This document shows, one piece after another, positions 27,324-37,874 of a stretch of DNA of 64,000 nucleotides. Numbering within the stretch: the first letter of the stretch is position 1; every line of letters begins with the position of its first letter. The notes beneath the pieces are model-generated. The model was not told the origin of the DNA. It saw only the letters and a list, made by a program, of their open reading frames with translations, and ran no database searches. The stretch lies in the NCBI GenBank assembly GCA_019119685.1, contig DWWN01000053.1, positions 8,079 to 72,078 of the forward strand. The letters are read 5' to 3'. Made by a program: the position numbers and the translations under genes. Source of the stretch: Candidatus Faecalibacterium faecigallinarum (GTDB lineage Bacteria > Bacillota > Clostridia > Oscillospirales > Ruminococcaceae).

Positions 27324-28556
27324 TCATTCTTCGGTTTCGATGGCCTCCGCCTGGGCCAGCATGGTCTCGGCGAAGATGGCGTAGCCCCGGGTGGGGTCGT
27401 TGACCAGCACATGGGTCACAGCCCCGGCCAGCCGCCCGTTCTGCAAAACGGGGCTGCCGCTCATTCCCTGTACGATGCCGCCGGTCTGGGCCAGCAGGTC
27501 CGGGTCGGTCACATGGATAACCATGTTGCGGACCGCCTCGGCGTCGGTGACTTTTTCGATCTCCACGTCGTAGAGCCGCGGGGTCTGGCCCTGGGTGGTG
27601 GTCAAAATCTGGGCCGGGCCTGCCACCACCTCCTGTGCAAAGGCCACTTCCATCACCTGCCCCGCAAAACTGGTGCGGGTGGAGCCGTAGACCCCGTTCT
27701 CCCCATTGATCTCGATGCTGCCCACGGCGTGGCTGCCGATGAATTTACCCTTCAGCTCGCCGGGGCTGCCGGCAGTGCCCTGGGTGCAGCCCACGATCTC
27801 GCAGGGGACGATCTCCCCGCTGCGCAGGGCGATGCTCTGGCCGGTGTCCCCGTCGCTGATGGAGTGGCCCAGCCCGGCGAACACGCCGTTCTCCTCGTCG
27901 ATAAAGGTCAGCGTGCCCACCCCCGCCGAGGAATCACGCACCCACATGCCGGCCCGCCACTGCCCGGCCGCGGCGTCCCAGCAGGGGGTCAGGACGGTCT
28001 GCTGCTGGCTGCCGTCCCGGATATAGACCACCCGCACCGGCTGGCCCGCCGCATTTTCCAGCGCCGTTTTGACGGCGTCGTTGTTTTCGGTGGCGGTGTC
28101 CCCGATGCAGATCACCCTGTCCCCCAGGCGGAGCCCCGCCTCTTTGGCGGGGTTCCTGGGCGCGCCGTCGGGGCCGCTGATGTCGGTAAAGCCCACCACC
28201 AGCGCCCCCTCCGAGAACATCTTGACCCCGAACGGCGTGCCGCAGACCAGGACGCTGGGCCGCGGCGTGATGACCGCCCGCACCGTCTTGACCGGCAGCA
28301 CCCCGCCGATGGAAAGGGTGGTCTGGTAGCTGCCCACCGTCCGGGTGCTGGCCACGTTCCGGGCCCCGCTGCCGCCCATGGGCTCGATATAGGCAAACCG
28401 GGGCAGGGTCAAGGTCTGCCCCGGCTCCAGCGAGATATGATCGGGCAGGCTGCTGTACAGCCAGCCCAGGGCCGCCGCCAACGCGGCCAGACAGTAGGCG
28501 GCGCAGATCCGCCCCAGCGGACGGCCGCCACCCCTTTTACGACCTGTGTTTCTCAC
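27324..28556 (-). CDS. spoIVB: SpoIVB serine peptidase (S55) with PDZ domain
   Basis: GMWVRDSSAGVGTLTF, GLGH, TGGIVQGMSGSP, GAVTHVLVNDP. Confidence 0.95.
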   Translation of the reverse strand: MRNTGRKRGGGRPLGRICAAYCLAALAAALGWLYSSLPDHISLEPGQTLTLPRFAYIEPMGGSGARNVASTRTVGSYQTTLSIGGVLPVKTVRAVITPRPSVLVCGTPFGVKMFSEGALVVGFTDISGPDGAPRNPAKEAGLRLGDRVICIGDTATENNDAVKTALENAAGQPVRVVYIRDGSQQQTVLTPCWDAAAGQWRAGMWVRDSSAGVGTLTFIDEENGVFAGLGHSISDGDTGQSIALRSGEIVPCEIVGCTQGTAGSPGELKGKFIGSHAVGSIEINGENGVYGSTRTSFAGQVMEVAFAQEVVAGPAQILTTTQGQTPRLYDVEIEKVTDAEAVRNMVIHVTDPDLLAQTGGIVQGMSGSPVLQNGRLAGAVTHVLVNDPTRGYAIFAETMLAQAEAIETEE

Positions 28557-29428
28557 GTTTGCGCTCCCTTGGTTTGATGTCCGGCCAGCGCCGTTTTCCA
28601 GCCGTTCAGCCACGCCAGACGGCGCAGCACGAACGCCAGCAGGCAGAGCCGCCAGAGGGCGGCGGCCAGCCACACCAGCAGCAGAAAGGCGTCCAGCCGG
28701 GAAAAGTATCCCATCGCCCAGGCCCGCAGCAGTTCCAGCCCGGCGTAAGCGGGGCTGTCCGGGCGGCCCAGCACCAGCGCCAGGACAAACGCATAGCCAC
28801 CCCCGATGGCATAACAGCCAAAGGGCAGCAGCGCCCCTTTGGAGACGTCCTTTTCCTGGCAGAGCAGGGGCAGGGCGAAGTATTCAGGGTAGAGCGGCAG
28901 CGGCGGCCAGCCGCCGGCCAAAAGGCCGCCTTCCGCCCCCTGGAACAGCCTCTGCCAGTGCATCTGGTCCCACAGGCCGGCCAGGCAGATCGCCGCACCG
29001 GCCGCCAGCAGCCACCACAGAGCCCGGGCCGAGCGGTCCAAAGCGCCGGCGTCCATCTGCCAGGTCACTGCCAGCAGCACCGGCAGCACGGCGATCAGCG
29101 CATTGGTGCCGAACTCCTCCCGGCAGACGGTCTGCGCCGCGGCCATGGTGCGGAAAAACTCCGCCCCGAACCAGAGAAAAAACAGCCACCCCGCCAGCTT
29201 TGGCAGAAAGCCCCGGCCGCTGAACAGCCCTGCCTGCCCGGCCCAGAGGCCAAACAGCCAGGCGACGAAGGAGAGAACCGCCGTCTCTGCAAGCCCCAGC
29301 AGGATCACGCTGCGGGCCTGGTGCGCTCCGGCCGGGCTGTACAGGCAGCCGGCCAGCGACGCGGCCGCCAGGCTCAGCCCCACCGCCGGGAGCGAGAAGC
29401 CGCAGCAGCTTTTGGGTCCCTGTTTCAT
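28553..29428 (-). CDS. Polytopic membrane protein, probable short, divergent GerAB/GerKB-like subunit
   Basis: Multiple hydrophobic segments, FSRLDAFLLLVW resembles the GerAB RLD motif; follows the gerA-like gene. Confidence 0.6.
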   Translation of the reverse strand: MKQGPKSCCGFSLPAVGLSLAAASLAGCLYSPAGAHQARSVILLGLAETAVLSFVAWLFGLWAGQAGLFSGRGFLPKLAGWLFFLWFGAEFFRTMAAAQTVCREEFGTNALIAVLPVLLAVTWQMDAGALDRSARALWWLLAAGAAICLAGLWDQMHWQRLFQGAEGGLLAGGWPPLPLYPEYFALPLLCQEKDVSKGALLPFGCYAIGGGYAFVLALVLGRPDSPAYAGLELLRAWAMGYFSRLDAFLLLVWLAAALWRLCLLAFVLRRLAWLNGWKTALAGHQTKGAQT

Positions 29429-29429
29429 C

Positions 29430-30878
29430 TCAGCCCCTCCTCTGCCAAATGTTGAAGGGCCGGCGGGACATCTTGCGGTAGTCCCGGCGGATCACCCCGT
29501 CGTCGGCCAGCGGGTTGGAGGGGAACGGATGGGACGCCAGATAGGGCACCCCCAGCGCCGACACATCGGACAAGCTGAACAGAAACACCAGAAAGACCGC
29601 CGCCAACCCCACCGGCCCGGCCAGACCCGCGGCCAGCACCACCGCCAGCCGCAGCAGGGTGGCCGGCTCATACAGCGAGGGGGTGATGAACACCGCCACC
29701 GAGGTCAGGCAGGCTGTCAGGATGACGGGGGTGCTCATCAGGCCGGCCGAGACCGCCGCGTCCCCAATGATGAGGGCGGCCACCAGGCTGACCGAGTGCC
29801 CCAGCGACTGAGGCATCCGCAGCCCGGCTTCCCGGATGATCTCCAAAATCAGGATGACCATGACCATCTCAGCAAAGAGGGGCAGCGGCGTCCCCTTCTC
29901 GGCCGCCGTGATCTTGTACAGCAGCTGGGGCGGGATCAGCTCGGGCAGGTAGACCGCCAGGCAGACGAACACCCCCGGCAAAAAGATGGTCAGATAGAAC
30001 GAGCCGTATTTCAGCACCCGCAGAAAGGACGAGAAAAAGGCGGTGGTGGCGTAATCGTCCAGGCACTCAAAGTTCTCGGCAAAGAGGGCGGGCAGGACCA
30101 GCGCCGACGGGCTGCCGTTGACCAGGATCACCAGCTTGCCCTCGCAGAGCTTGGCCGCGGCCACCGCCGGCCGCTCGGTGTAGCTGACCGGGGTGAACAG
30201 CCGGTACTTTGCCGGCAGCAGCCAGGGCACGAAATAACTGGAATCCAGCAGCAGCTCGGGCCGGGCGTCCTTCAAAATGCCGCGCACCCTGGCCACCATC
30301 TCCCGGTCCGCTTTGCCGCGGCAGTAGCACAGGGCGTACTCGGTCTGCATGGCCGTGCCGGCCTGGGCCACCTCCATCACGAGGTCCTCGCTGCGGACCA
30401 GCCGCCGCAGCAGGCTCAGGTTGACCCGCAGCAGGTCGGCAAAGCCCTCCCGGCTGCCCCGGAGGCTGCCCTCCCCCGAGGGCTCGCCCACCGAGCGGAA
30501 CTGCAGGCTCTGGACCGAAAAGGCGATCCCCTGCCCGCAGCCGTCCAGCAGGAGGATGGCAAACCCTGCCGTCAGCAGCTGGACCGCCTCCTCGCTGGTG
30601 CGCACCGGCCCGCTCTGGGCCGGCAGGCCGGAATGGTAGAGCAGCCGCTCAAAGACCTGCTGGCCGCAGGCGGGCGGCAGGCCGGCAAACTGGTCGGTCC
30701 GGTCCACGGCGTCCAGCAGCAGATCCCACAGGGACGTGAGGCTGGCCATGCCGTCAAATAAAAGGATGGCGGCCGGGCACCCGCCCACCGTCACCTGTTT
30801 TGCATAATAATCCGCCGACGGGCCAAACATGGTGTTGAAGGCCGCCAGATTTTCGCTGAGACTTGATGAAAGCTGCAT
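29430..30878 (-). CDS. Spore germination protein A subunit (GerAA/GerKA family)
   Basis: RGSREGF, YTERP, GSPSALVLP, EIIREAGLRMP, IIGDAAVSAG, GVPYL. Confidence 0.93.
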   Translation of the reverse strand: MQLSSSLSENLAAFNTMFGPSADYYAKQVTVGGCPAAILLFDGMASLTSLWDLLLDAVDRTDQFAGLPPACGQQVFERLLYHSGLPAQSGPVRTSEEAVQLLTAGFAILLLDGCGQGIAFSVQSLQFRSVGEPSGEGSLRGSREGFADLLRVNLSLLRRLVRSEDLVMEVAQAGTAMQTEYALCYCRGKADREMVARVRGILKDARPELLLDSSYFVPWLLPAKYRLFTPVSYTERPAVAAAKLCEGKLVILVNGSPSALVLPALFAENFECLDDYATTAFFSSFLRVLKYGSFYLTIFLPGVFVCLAVYLPELIPPQLLYKITAAEKGTPLPLFAEMVMVILILEIIREAGLRMPQSLGHSVSLVAALIIGDAAVSAGLMSTPVILTACLTSVAVFITPSLYEPATLLRLAVVLAAGLAGPVGLAAVFLVFLFSLSDVSALGVPYLASHPFPSNPLADDGVIRRDYRKMSRRPFNIWQRRG

Positions 30879-30912
30879 CCCGCATCCGCCCCTTTCGCTT
30901 CGCTTGCAGCCT

Positions 30913-30942
30913 CAGTATACCCCCAGAGCGCCCCGCTTATGT
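30913..30942 (-). promoter_or_regulatory. Putative sigma-F/G promoter for gerA-like-gerB-like-spoIVB
   Basis: ACATA-15-GGGTATACTG versus consensus GYATA-15-GGnnAnAnTR. Confidence 0.6.
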
Positions 30943-30964
30943 ATCACGAAGGAGGAGTGTCCCG

Positions 30965-31657
30965 TTGAAACTTTTGCTCTTGCGCACCACATTGATCTAT
31001 CTCTGCGTCCTGTTTGCCATGCGGCTGATGGGCAAGCGCCAGCTGGGCGAGCTGCAGCCCGAGGAGCTGGTCTCCACCATGCTGATCTCGAACCTCGCCT
31101 CCATCTCCATCGAGTCGGAGCAGGTGCCCATCACCGCCAGTTTGATCCCGCTGTTCCTGATCGCCTCGCTGGAACTGCTGGGCTCGGTGCTCAGCTTTTA
31201 CAGCCGGCGCTTTTCCAACCTGCTGGACGGCCGGCCCAAGACGGTGATCCAGAACGGCCAGATCGACCAGCAGGCCCTGCGGATGCTGCGCCTGACCGCC
31301 GCCGACCTTTTGGAGGCGCTGCGCGGCAAGGACATCTACGACCCGCGGGACGTCTCCTACGCCGTCATCGAGACCAACGGCAGCCTCTCGGTGGCCCGCA
31401 AGCCGGACAAGGAGACCGTCACCCTCGCCGACATGGGGCTGGCCGTCCAGCAGTCCCAGGCGACCGTCCCGCTGGTGGTGGACGGGCAGGTGCTGGAGGA
31501 CAATCTGCAGGCCTGCGGCAAGGACCGCGCCTGGCTGGAAAAGACCGCCTGCGCCCACGCCCTCGCCGTCCGGGACATCCTCATCCTGCTGGGCAACGAC
31601 ACCGAGGACTATTTCCTGCTCAAAAAAGAGGGCAGCCCGAAGGAGGCAAACGCATGA
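30965..31657 (+). CDS. DUF421 (YetF-family) membrane protein
   Basis: MRLMGKRQLGEL, VIQNGQI, AVIETNGSLSV; GGAGG RBS before the TTG. Confidence 0.9.
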   Translation: MKLLLLRTTLIYLCVLFAMRLMGKRQLGELQPEELVSTMLISNLASISIESEQVPITASLIPLFLIASLELLGSVLSFYSRRFSNLLDGRPKTVIQNGQIDQQALRMLRLTAADLLEALRGKDIYDPRDVSYAVIETNGSLSVARKPDKETVTLADMGLAVQQSQATVPLVVDGQVLEDNLQACGKDRAWLEKTACAHALAVRDILILLGNDTEDYFLLKKEGSPKEANA

Positions 31658-32022
31658 AGCGGATCTGGCTGTGCCTGGCCCTTGTGGCCGGCATCTTTGT
31701 TTTGACCATCTACAGCACCCACCGGGTGCGCAGCTTTGCCGACGACCTGACCGTCCAGCTGGACACCGCCAGCGAAGCCCTTCTCAGCGAGGACCTGCCC
31801 GCCGCCCACCAGGCCATCCTGCAGGGGGCCTCCCTCTGCGAGGAAATGCGGCGGGGCAGCGTGCTCTATCTGCGCACCGAGGACTTTCTCGAACTGGAAG
31901 CCAGCCTGCGGGCCGCCGCCCAGTATCTGACCGAGGGCGCGCAGGAAGAAGCCCAGGGCGAGCTGGGCCGGGCCGCCTTCCTGGCCGAAAGCGTGGACTG
32001 GCTGACCCGGCGCTGGCTGTAG
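31654..32022 (+). CDS. DUF4363-like small membrane-anchored protein
   Basis: N-terminal TM plus helical bundle; ATGA overlap with DUF421. Confidence 0.65.
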   Translation: MKRIWLCLALVAGIFVLTIYSTHRVRSFADDLTVQLDTASEALLSEDLPAAHQAILQGASLCEEMRRGSVLYLRTEDFLELEASLRAAAQYLTEGAQEEAQGELGRAAFLAESVDWLTRRWL

Positions 32023-32026
32023 AAAC

Positions 32027-32069
32027 AAAAAGGCCGGCAGAGGAGAACTGTTCTCCCCTGCCGGCGTTT
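32027..32069. terminator. Bidirectional terminator between DUF4363 and nrdR
   Basis: AAAAAG GCCGGCAG..CTGCCGGC GTTT. Confidence 0.7.
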
Positions 32070-32094
32070 GGCAGTCTGTTATTCTGTTATTCTT

Positions 32095-32556
32095 TTATTC
32101 TTTGCGGTCTTTCATCAGCTTTTCCAGCTCGTTGAAAAAGCTCTCCACGTCCGCAAAGCGGCGGTAGACCGAGGCAAAGCGGACATAGGCCACCTCGTCG
32201 ATCTTTTTCAGCTCCTGCATGGCAAGTTCGCCGATCTGCACGCTGCTGACCTCCCGGTCATAGCCGGAAAGCAGGGCCTGCTCGATGTTGTCCACAGCCT
32301 GTTCCAGCTGCTCGTAGCTGACCGGCCGCTGCGCGCAGGAGCGCAGCATCCCGTTCAGCACCTTCTGGCGGTCGAACGGCTCCCGCGAGTCGTTCTTTTT
32401 GACCACCATCAGGGGCAGCGTTTCCACCGCCTCATAGGTCGTGAACCGCTTGTGGCAGGCCAGGCACTCCCGGCGGCGGCGAATCCGCTCGCCGTCTTCC
32501 GTGGGGCGGGAGTCGATCACCTTGGATTCTTCCCCGCCGCAGTAAGGGCATTTCAT
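32095..32556 (-). CDS. nrdR: Transcriptional repressor NrdR
   Basis: MKCPYC, VIDSR, IRRRREC..C, AYVRFASVY. Confidence 0.98.
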   Translation of the reverse strand: MKCPYCGGEESKVIDSRPTEDGERIRRRRECLACHKRFTTYEAVETLPLMVVKKNDSREPFDRQKVLNGMLRSCAQRPVSYEQLEQAVDNIEQALLSGYDREVSSVQIGELAMQELKKIDEVAYVRFASVYRRFADVESFFNELEKLMKDRKE

Positions 32557-32607
32557 ATCGTGTCCTCCGTCTTGTCGATGTGGTCCGGCCAGCCAGACCT
32601 CAAAGGG

Positions 32608-34926
32608 TTACTTTTTCTGCTTTGTCTTCCGGCCGTTCCACAGGACCCAGGCCGACGTGGAGATGCACAGCGAAGTGTACACGCCGCTGATCATGCCCAT
32701 CATCAGGGGGAATGCAAAGGTAAAGATGCTTTCCAGGCCGTACAGCACCGACACCACGCACATGACGGCCAGGGCCGTCACAGTGGTGACGCTGGTCATC
32801 AGGGTGCGCTTGAGGGACTGGTTCAGGGACTGGTTGACCAGCTCGCCGAAGCTGACCTTCTTGCCCAGCAGCTTGCGGTTTTCCCGGATGCGGTCGTAGA
32901 TGACGACGGTATCGTTGACCGAGTAGCCCAGGATGGTCAGCAGCGCCGCGATGAAGTTGCCGTCCAGCGGGGCGCGCAGCAGCACGAAGGTGCCGAAAAT
33001 GACCATCACGTCGTTGACCAGGGCCAGGATGGCCATGGCGCCGCCGGCCAGGCCGCCGATGTTCTTGAAGCGGAAGGCGATATAGATCATGATCAGCGCC
33101 AGCGCAAAGACCACCGCCACCAGGCTCTTTTGCAGGAAACGGGTGCCCATGGCCGGGCTGACGTTGCTCAGGGACAGCTGGGCGAAGTGGTTGTCCGGGT
33201 TCGACTCGGCCAGGCCGTCCAGCAGGGCGGTGACCTGGTCGGTGTCCACAGTCTCGCTGCCGGGCAGGGAGATCTTCAGGGTGGACTCCCCGGTGGCCAC
33301 GTTCTCGCCGGTCTGCAAAGTCAGGTTGGCGTTGCCCAGGGCCTCCTCGGCGGTCTGTTCCACCGCGCCGAGGTCGGGCTCGCCCTGGTAGCTCAGGGTG
33401 ATCATGGCGCCGCCGGTGAACTCGGTGTCCATCTGGACCCCCAGCACCACCGCGCACAGGACGATGGCCGCCATCAGGCAGGACGAGAAGGTCAGGAACA
33501 CTTTCTTGCGGCCCACAAAGTCGATCTGCCGGGGCTCTTTGGGGGCCTTGTCCGCGCCGTAGAGCCAGGGGTTCTGCAGCGCCTTGATGGAGGCCGCGCC
33601 GGCGATCATGACGCGGGTGGCAAACACGCCGAACACAAAGTTCAGCAGCACGCCGGTGAGCAGCGTATAGCCGAAGGCGTAGATGGTGCCCGCGGTGGAT
33701 GCGCCGAAGGCAAAGAACACAAAGTTCAGCAGTTTGGCAAAGATGCCGTCGGTGGGGCCGAAGGCGCCCATCAGGACCACCGCCACGATGACGATGGTCA
33801 CGTTGCCGTCAATGACGGGGGTCAGGCCGCGGGCAAAGCCGCTCTTGAGGGCGCCGGGCAGGGATTTGCCGTTGCGCAGCTCCTCCTTGATCCGCTCGGC
33901 GGTGATAACGTTGGCGTCCACGCCCATGCCGATGGCCAGGATGATGCCGGCGATGCCGGGCAGCGTCAGGGTAAAGCTGTTGAACACCGGGAAGTAGCCC
34001 GAGACAAAAGCCAGGGTGGCCGCCACCTGGCCCAGCAGGCCCACGCAGGCCATCACGCCGGGCAGCCGGTACATGACGGTCATGATGACGAAGATCAGGG
34101 CGAAGGCGATGATGCCGGCATAGACCATGGCCTGCAGGCTGTTCTCGCCCAGGGTGGGGCTGATGGTGGAGTAGCTGTCCACCGTCAGCGCAAAGGGCAG
34201 CGCGCCCGAGTTGATCTGCCGGGCCAGAGTGACCACGGCGTCCCGGTCAAAGCCGGAGCCAGTGATGACGGCCCGGCCGTCGGTGATGGCCGCGTTGACG
34301 GTGGCCACGCTGATGTTCTCATCGTCCAGCCAGATGCTGATGGAGCCGCCCTCCTCATACAGGCGGGTGGTGGCGTCCCCAAACGCCTTGGCGCCCTCAT
34401 CGTCAAATTCCAGGGCGACGTAGTATTCCGAAGCGCCGCCGCTGGTCACAGGGCCGTACTGGGCGGTGGCGTTCTCCACGCTGGAACCGTCCAGGATCAG
34501 CTCGCCATCGGCGCTGGTCCCCTCCCGGAAGGTCAGGTAGGCCGTGGTGCCGATCTCCTGGATGGCCGCCTCAGGGTCGAAGGCGGTCTCGTCCGACTGC
34601 CAGGGAAACTCCAGGATCAGGCTGTCCTGGTTGTAGTCCGCATACAGCTCGTAGTCGGTGATGTTCAGGCCCACCAGGCGGTTCTCAATGACCGACTGGG
34701 CCGCGTCCAGCTGCTCGTCGGTGGCGTCAAAGCCGTCCGAGGGCAGGAACGTCACGTTCACGCCGCCTTTGATGTCCACGCCGAAGCGGATGTCCTGCGC
34801 ACCCTTGATGTAGGTGGTGGTCACATCTCCATAGGTCGACGATACGCCGAAGAACGCGGTGAATGCGAACACCGCGATCAGCAGCACCGTGACGATGAGA
34901 TGCCATGCTCTGCCTTTTGTCTTCAT
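32608..34926 (-). CDS. secDF: Fused protein translocase SecDF
   Basis: GVDIKGG, TLPGIAGIILAIGMGVDANV, EFTGG, GYSVNDTVVIYDRIREN. Confidence 0.95.
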   Translation of the reverse strand: MKTKGRAWHLIVTVLLIAVFAFTAFFGVSSTYGDVTTTYIKGAQDIRFGVDIKGGVNVTFLPSDGFDATDEQLDAAQSVIENRLVGLNITDYELYADYNQDSLILEFPWQSDETAFDPEAAIQEIGTTAYLTFREGTSADGELILDGSSVENATAQYGPVTSGGASEYYVALEFDDEGAKAFGDATTRLYEEGGSISIWLDDENISVATVNAAITDGRAVITGSGFDRDAVVTLARQINSGALPFALTVDSYSTISPTLGENSLQAMVYAGIIAFALIFVIMTVMYRLPGVMACVGLLGQVAATLAFVSGYFPVFNSFTLTLPGIAGIILAIGMGVDANVITAERIKEELRNGKSLPGALKSGFARGLTPVIDGNVTIVIVAVVLMGAFGPTDGIFAKLLNFVFFAFGASTAGTIYAFGYTLLTGVLLNFVFGVFATRVMIAGAASIKALQNPWLYGADKAPKEPRQIDFVGRKKVFLTFSSCLMAAIVLCAVVLGVQMDTEFTGGAMITLSYQGEPDLGAVEQTAEEALGNANLTLQTGENVATGESTLKISLPGSETVDTDQVTALLDGLAESNPDNHFAQLSLSNVSPAMGTRFLQKSLVAVVFALALIMIYIAFRFKNIGGLAGGAMAILALVNDVMVIFGTFVLLRAPLDGNFIAALLTILGYSVNDTVVIYDRIRENRKLLGKKVSFGELVNQSLNQSLKRTLMTSVTTVTALAVMCVVSVLYGLESIFTFAFPLMMGMISGVYTSLCISTSAWVLWNGRKTKQKK

Positions 34927-35010
34927 AAACTGTTTGGAAACCTCCCAATTTTATAACTTCCCGCCCGCCGGTTTCCCGGACGGACAGGAAGCTTGATCGT
35001 ATCAGGGCGC

Positions 35011-36291
35011 TCAGACCTTTTCCGCGAGCAGATGTTCCACCGTGGCCAGACGGACGCAGACCGTCATCAGCTCAGAGGCCTGCTCCACCTCGCTCAGGCT
35101 GGGATAGGTGGGCGCGATGCGCAGATGAGAATCCTCGGGGTCCTTGCCGTAGGGGAAGGCCGCGCCGGCGCCGGTCAGCACCAGGCCGGCCTCCTTGCAC
35201 AGCTGGGCCACCCGCCTGGCGCAGCCGGGCATTACATACAGGCTGATAAAGTAGCCGCCCTTGGGGTTAGTCCAGTGGGCGATGTCGCCGCAGGGGGTCA
35301 GGCGCTGGGCAAAGGTGGTCTTGACCGCGTCGAAGCAGGGCACCAGACGGCGGCGGTGTTTGGCCATGTGGGCCAGCACGCCCGCCTTGTTCTTCAGGAA
35401 GCGGACATGGCGCAGCTGGTTCATCTTGTCGTAGCTGATGATCATGACCTCAAAGCGCTTGCAGACGTACTTCATCATCCGGTCGCTGCAGGCCAGGGCC
35501 GAAACGCCCGCGCCGGGGAAGGTGATCTTGCTGGTGGAAGTGAACATGAACACCCGGTCCTCATTGCCGTAGGCCTTGCTCTCCTCCAGCAGGACCGGCG
35601 TCTCGATGATCTCGTCGGTCAGGTGGTGGACAATGTACGCCTCGTCCCAGAAGATCTTGAAGTCAGGGGCGGCGGTCTTCATGGCCGCAAAGCGGCGCAC
35701 CGTCTCGTCGCTGTAGGTGTAGCCGTCGGGGTTGGAATACTGGGGCACGCACCAGATGCCCTTGATGGTGGGATCTTCGGCCACCAGCTTTTCCACCATG
35801 TCCATATCGGGGCCTTCCGGGGTCATGGGGACGTTGATCATGTCGATGCCGAATTCCTCGGTGATGCGGAAGTGGCGGTCATAGCCGGGCACCGGGCAGA
35901 GGAACTTGGGGTGGTCCACCTGCGACCAGGGGCAGGGCGACTCGGGGAACCCGAAGGTGTACCCGATGCTGACCAGGAAATACATCAGCTGCAGGCTGGA
36001 GTTGCCGCCCACAAAGACGTTTTCCGGCTTGACGCCCATCACTTCGCCGAACAGCTGGCGGGCCTCATACAGGCCCTCCAGGTTGCCGTAGTTGCGGGCG
36101 TCGGTGCCGTCCGCCGCGGTGTAGTCGATGGTCTTGAACAGATCCATCGCCAGGTCCATCTGGTGGGGGCCGGGCTTGCCGCGGGCCATATTCAGCTTCA
36201 GGCCCATGTTCTGAAAGGCCTTGTAGGCGGCCTGGAGCGTGCGCTCCTCCTCCACCAGTTCTTCCCTGCTCATCTCGAGATAATTTGCCAT
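35011..36291 (-). CDS. PLP-dependent class I aminotransferase (actinobacterial-type aspartate aminotransferase family)
   Basis: LNMARGKP, PVPGYDRHF, YSNPDG, WDEAY, STSKITFPGAG, LRIAPTYP. Confidence 0.88.
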   Translation of the reverse strand: MANYLEMSREELVEEERTLQAAYKAFQNMGLKLNMARGKPGPHQMDLAMDLFKTIDYTAADGTDARNYGNLEGLYEARQLFGEVMGVKPENVFVGGNSSLQLMYFLVSIGYTFGFPESPCPWSQVDHPKFLCPVPGYDRHFRITEEFGIDMINVPMTPEGPDMDMVEKLVAEDPTIKGIWCVPQYSNPDGYTYSDETVRRFAAMKTAAPDFKIFWDEAYIVHHLTDEIIETPVLLEESKAYGNEDRVFMFTSTSKITFPGAGVSALACSDRMMKYVCKRFEVMIISYDKMNQLRHVRFLKNKAGVLAHMAKHRRRLVPCFDAVKTTFAQRLTPCGDIAHWTNPKGGYFISLYVMPGCARRVAQLCKEAGLVLTGAGAAFPYGKDPEDSHLRIAPTYPSLSEVEQASELMTVCVRLATVEHLLAEKV

Positions 36292-36394
36292 AGCGCTTAC
36301 TCCTTTACTATACTTTCTGTACCCTTGCTCTCATTGCCTGCCGTGCGGCGGCAGGGACCGGCCGGGACAGACCCACTCCGGCCCAGACTATATT

Positions 36395-36423
36395 ATTATA
36401 GTACACTTTGCGTTGAGAAACAA
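36395..36423 (-). promoter_or_regulatory. Sigma-A promoter for the aminotransferase gene
   Basis: TTGTTT-17-TATAAT. Confidence 0.6.
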
Positions 36424-36495
36424 GAATTTTAGCAGAAAATAAAAGGCCCGGCCTGGTTTTTTGCGCCCGGCCGGGCCAAAAGCGGGCTTGCCTTG

Positions 36496-37827
36496 TCAGC
36501 TCACCGCGATCTGATTCTTATAGCGCTTGCGGACCGCGCCGTATTCCATGTGGGCCTCGCCGCCCTCCACGGTGTCCTGGTCGATGGTCACCCGGATGAT
36601 GGTGGGGTCGCTGGGCACCGCGTACATGATGGGGATCAGCAGTTCTTCCATCACGCTGCGCAGGCCGCGGGCGCCGGTCTTGCGCTCGATGGTCTTGCGG
36701 GCGATGGCGCGCAGGGCTTCGTCGGTAAAGACGAGATCCACGTTGTCCATCCCCATCAAAGCCTTGTACTGCTTGACCAGGCTGTTCTTGGGCTCCTTCA
36801 GCACCCGGACCAGGGTGTCCTCGTCCAGGTCGTCCAGCACGGTGATGACCGGCAGACGGCCGATCAGCTCGGGGATCAGCCCGAACTTGACCAGGTCGTG
36901 GGGCTCCACCTTGCGCAGCAGGGCCTTCTGGGCCTCGGACGAGGTGTCCTTCAGGTTGCTGCCAAAGCCCAGGGCCGAATTGTCGGTGCGGCGCTGGATG
37001 TACTTGTCCAGCCCGTCGAACGCGCCGCCGCAGATGAACAGGATGTTGGTGGTGTCGATCTGGATGAACTCCTGCTGGGGGTGCTTGCGGCCGCCCTGGG
37101 GCGGCACGTTGCTGACCGTGCCCTCGATGATCTTGAGCAGGGCCTGCTGCACGCCCTCGCCGCCCACGTCCCGGGTGATGGAGGGGTTCTCGCTCTTGCG
37201 GGTGATCTTGTCGATCTCATCAATGTAAATGATCCCGATCTGCGCCCGCTGGACGTCGAAGTCCGCCGCCTGGATCAGCTTGAGCAGGATGTTTTCCACG
37301 TCCTCGCCCACATAGCCGGCCTCGGTCAGGGTGGTGGCGTCGGCAATGGCGAAGGGCACGCCCAGCATCCGGGCCAGGGTCTGGGCAAGCAGGGTCTTGC
37401 CCACGCCGGAGGGGCCCAGCAGCAGGACGTTGGACTTCTGCAGCTCCACGTCGTTGCCCTTGCCGCTCATGATCCGCTTGTAGTGGTTGTACACCTCCAC
37501 GGACAGCACCCGCTTGGCGTCGTCCTGGCCGATGACGTACTGGTCCAGGCCGTTCTTGATCTCCTCGGGGGTCAGGATGTTCACCGGCGCAGGGACGGCC
37601 GGCTGCATCCGGGCCCGCGCACCCGGCGCGCCGCCCCGGGCCGGGCGGCTGCCGCTGGAGCGGTCGGGCTTTTCGGCCAGCAGGTCGTAGCAAAGGCCGA
37701 TGCACTCGCTGCAGATGTTGACGCCGGGCCCGATGATCATCCGCTCTACTTCGTCCTGATGCTTGCCGCAGAAGCTGCAAACGAGGTCTTTTTCATTTTT
37801 ATCTCTGCCGGAATTGTTATTTGCCAT
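36496..37827 (-). CDS. clpX: ATP-dependent Clp protease ATPase ClpX
   Basis: CSFCGK zinc finger, [25 protein letters not shown] loop. Confidence 0.98.
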   Translation of the reverse strand: MANNNSGRDKNEKDLVCSFCGKHQDEVERMIIGPGVNICSECIGLCYDLLAEKPDRSSGSRPARGGAPGARARMQPAVPAPVNILTPEEIKNGLDQYVIGQDDAKRVLSVEVYNHYKRIMSGKGNDVELQKSNVLLLGPSGVGKTLLAQTLARMLGVPFAIADATTLTEAGYVGEDVENILLKLIQAADFDVQRAQIGIIYIDEIDKITRKSENPSITRDVGGEGVQQALLKIIEGTVSNVPPQGGRKHPQQEFIQIDTTNILFICGGAFDGLDKYIQRRTDNSALGFGSNLKDTSSEAQKALLRKVEPHDLVKFGLIPELIGRLPVITVLDDLDEDTLVRVLKEPKNSLVKQYKALMGMDNVDLVFTDEALRAIARKTIERKTGARGLRSVMEELLIPIMYAVPSDPTIIRVTIDQDTVEGGEAHMEYGAVRKRYKNQIAVS

Positions 37828-37874
37828 AGCTGTACTTTCCTTTATTGTGCGTTTCTGCGTTCAGCATCGCCGGC

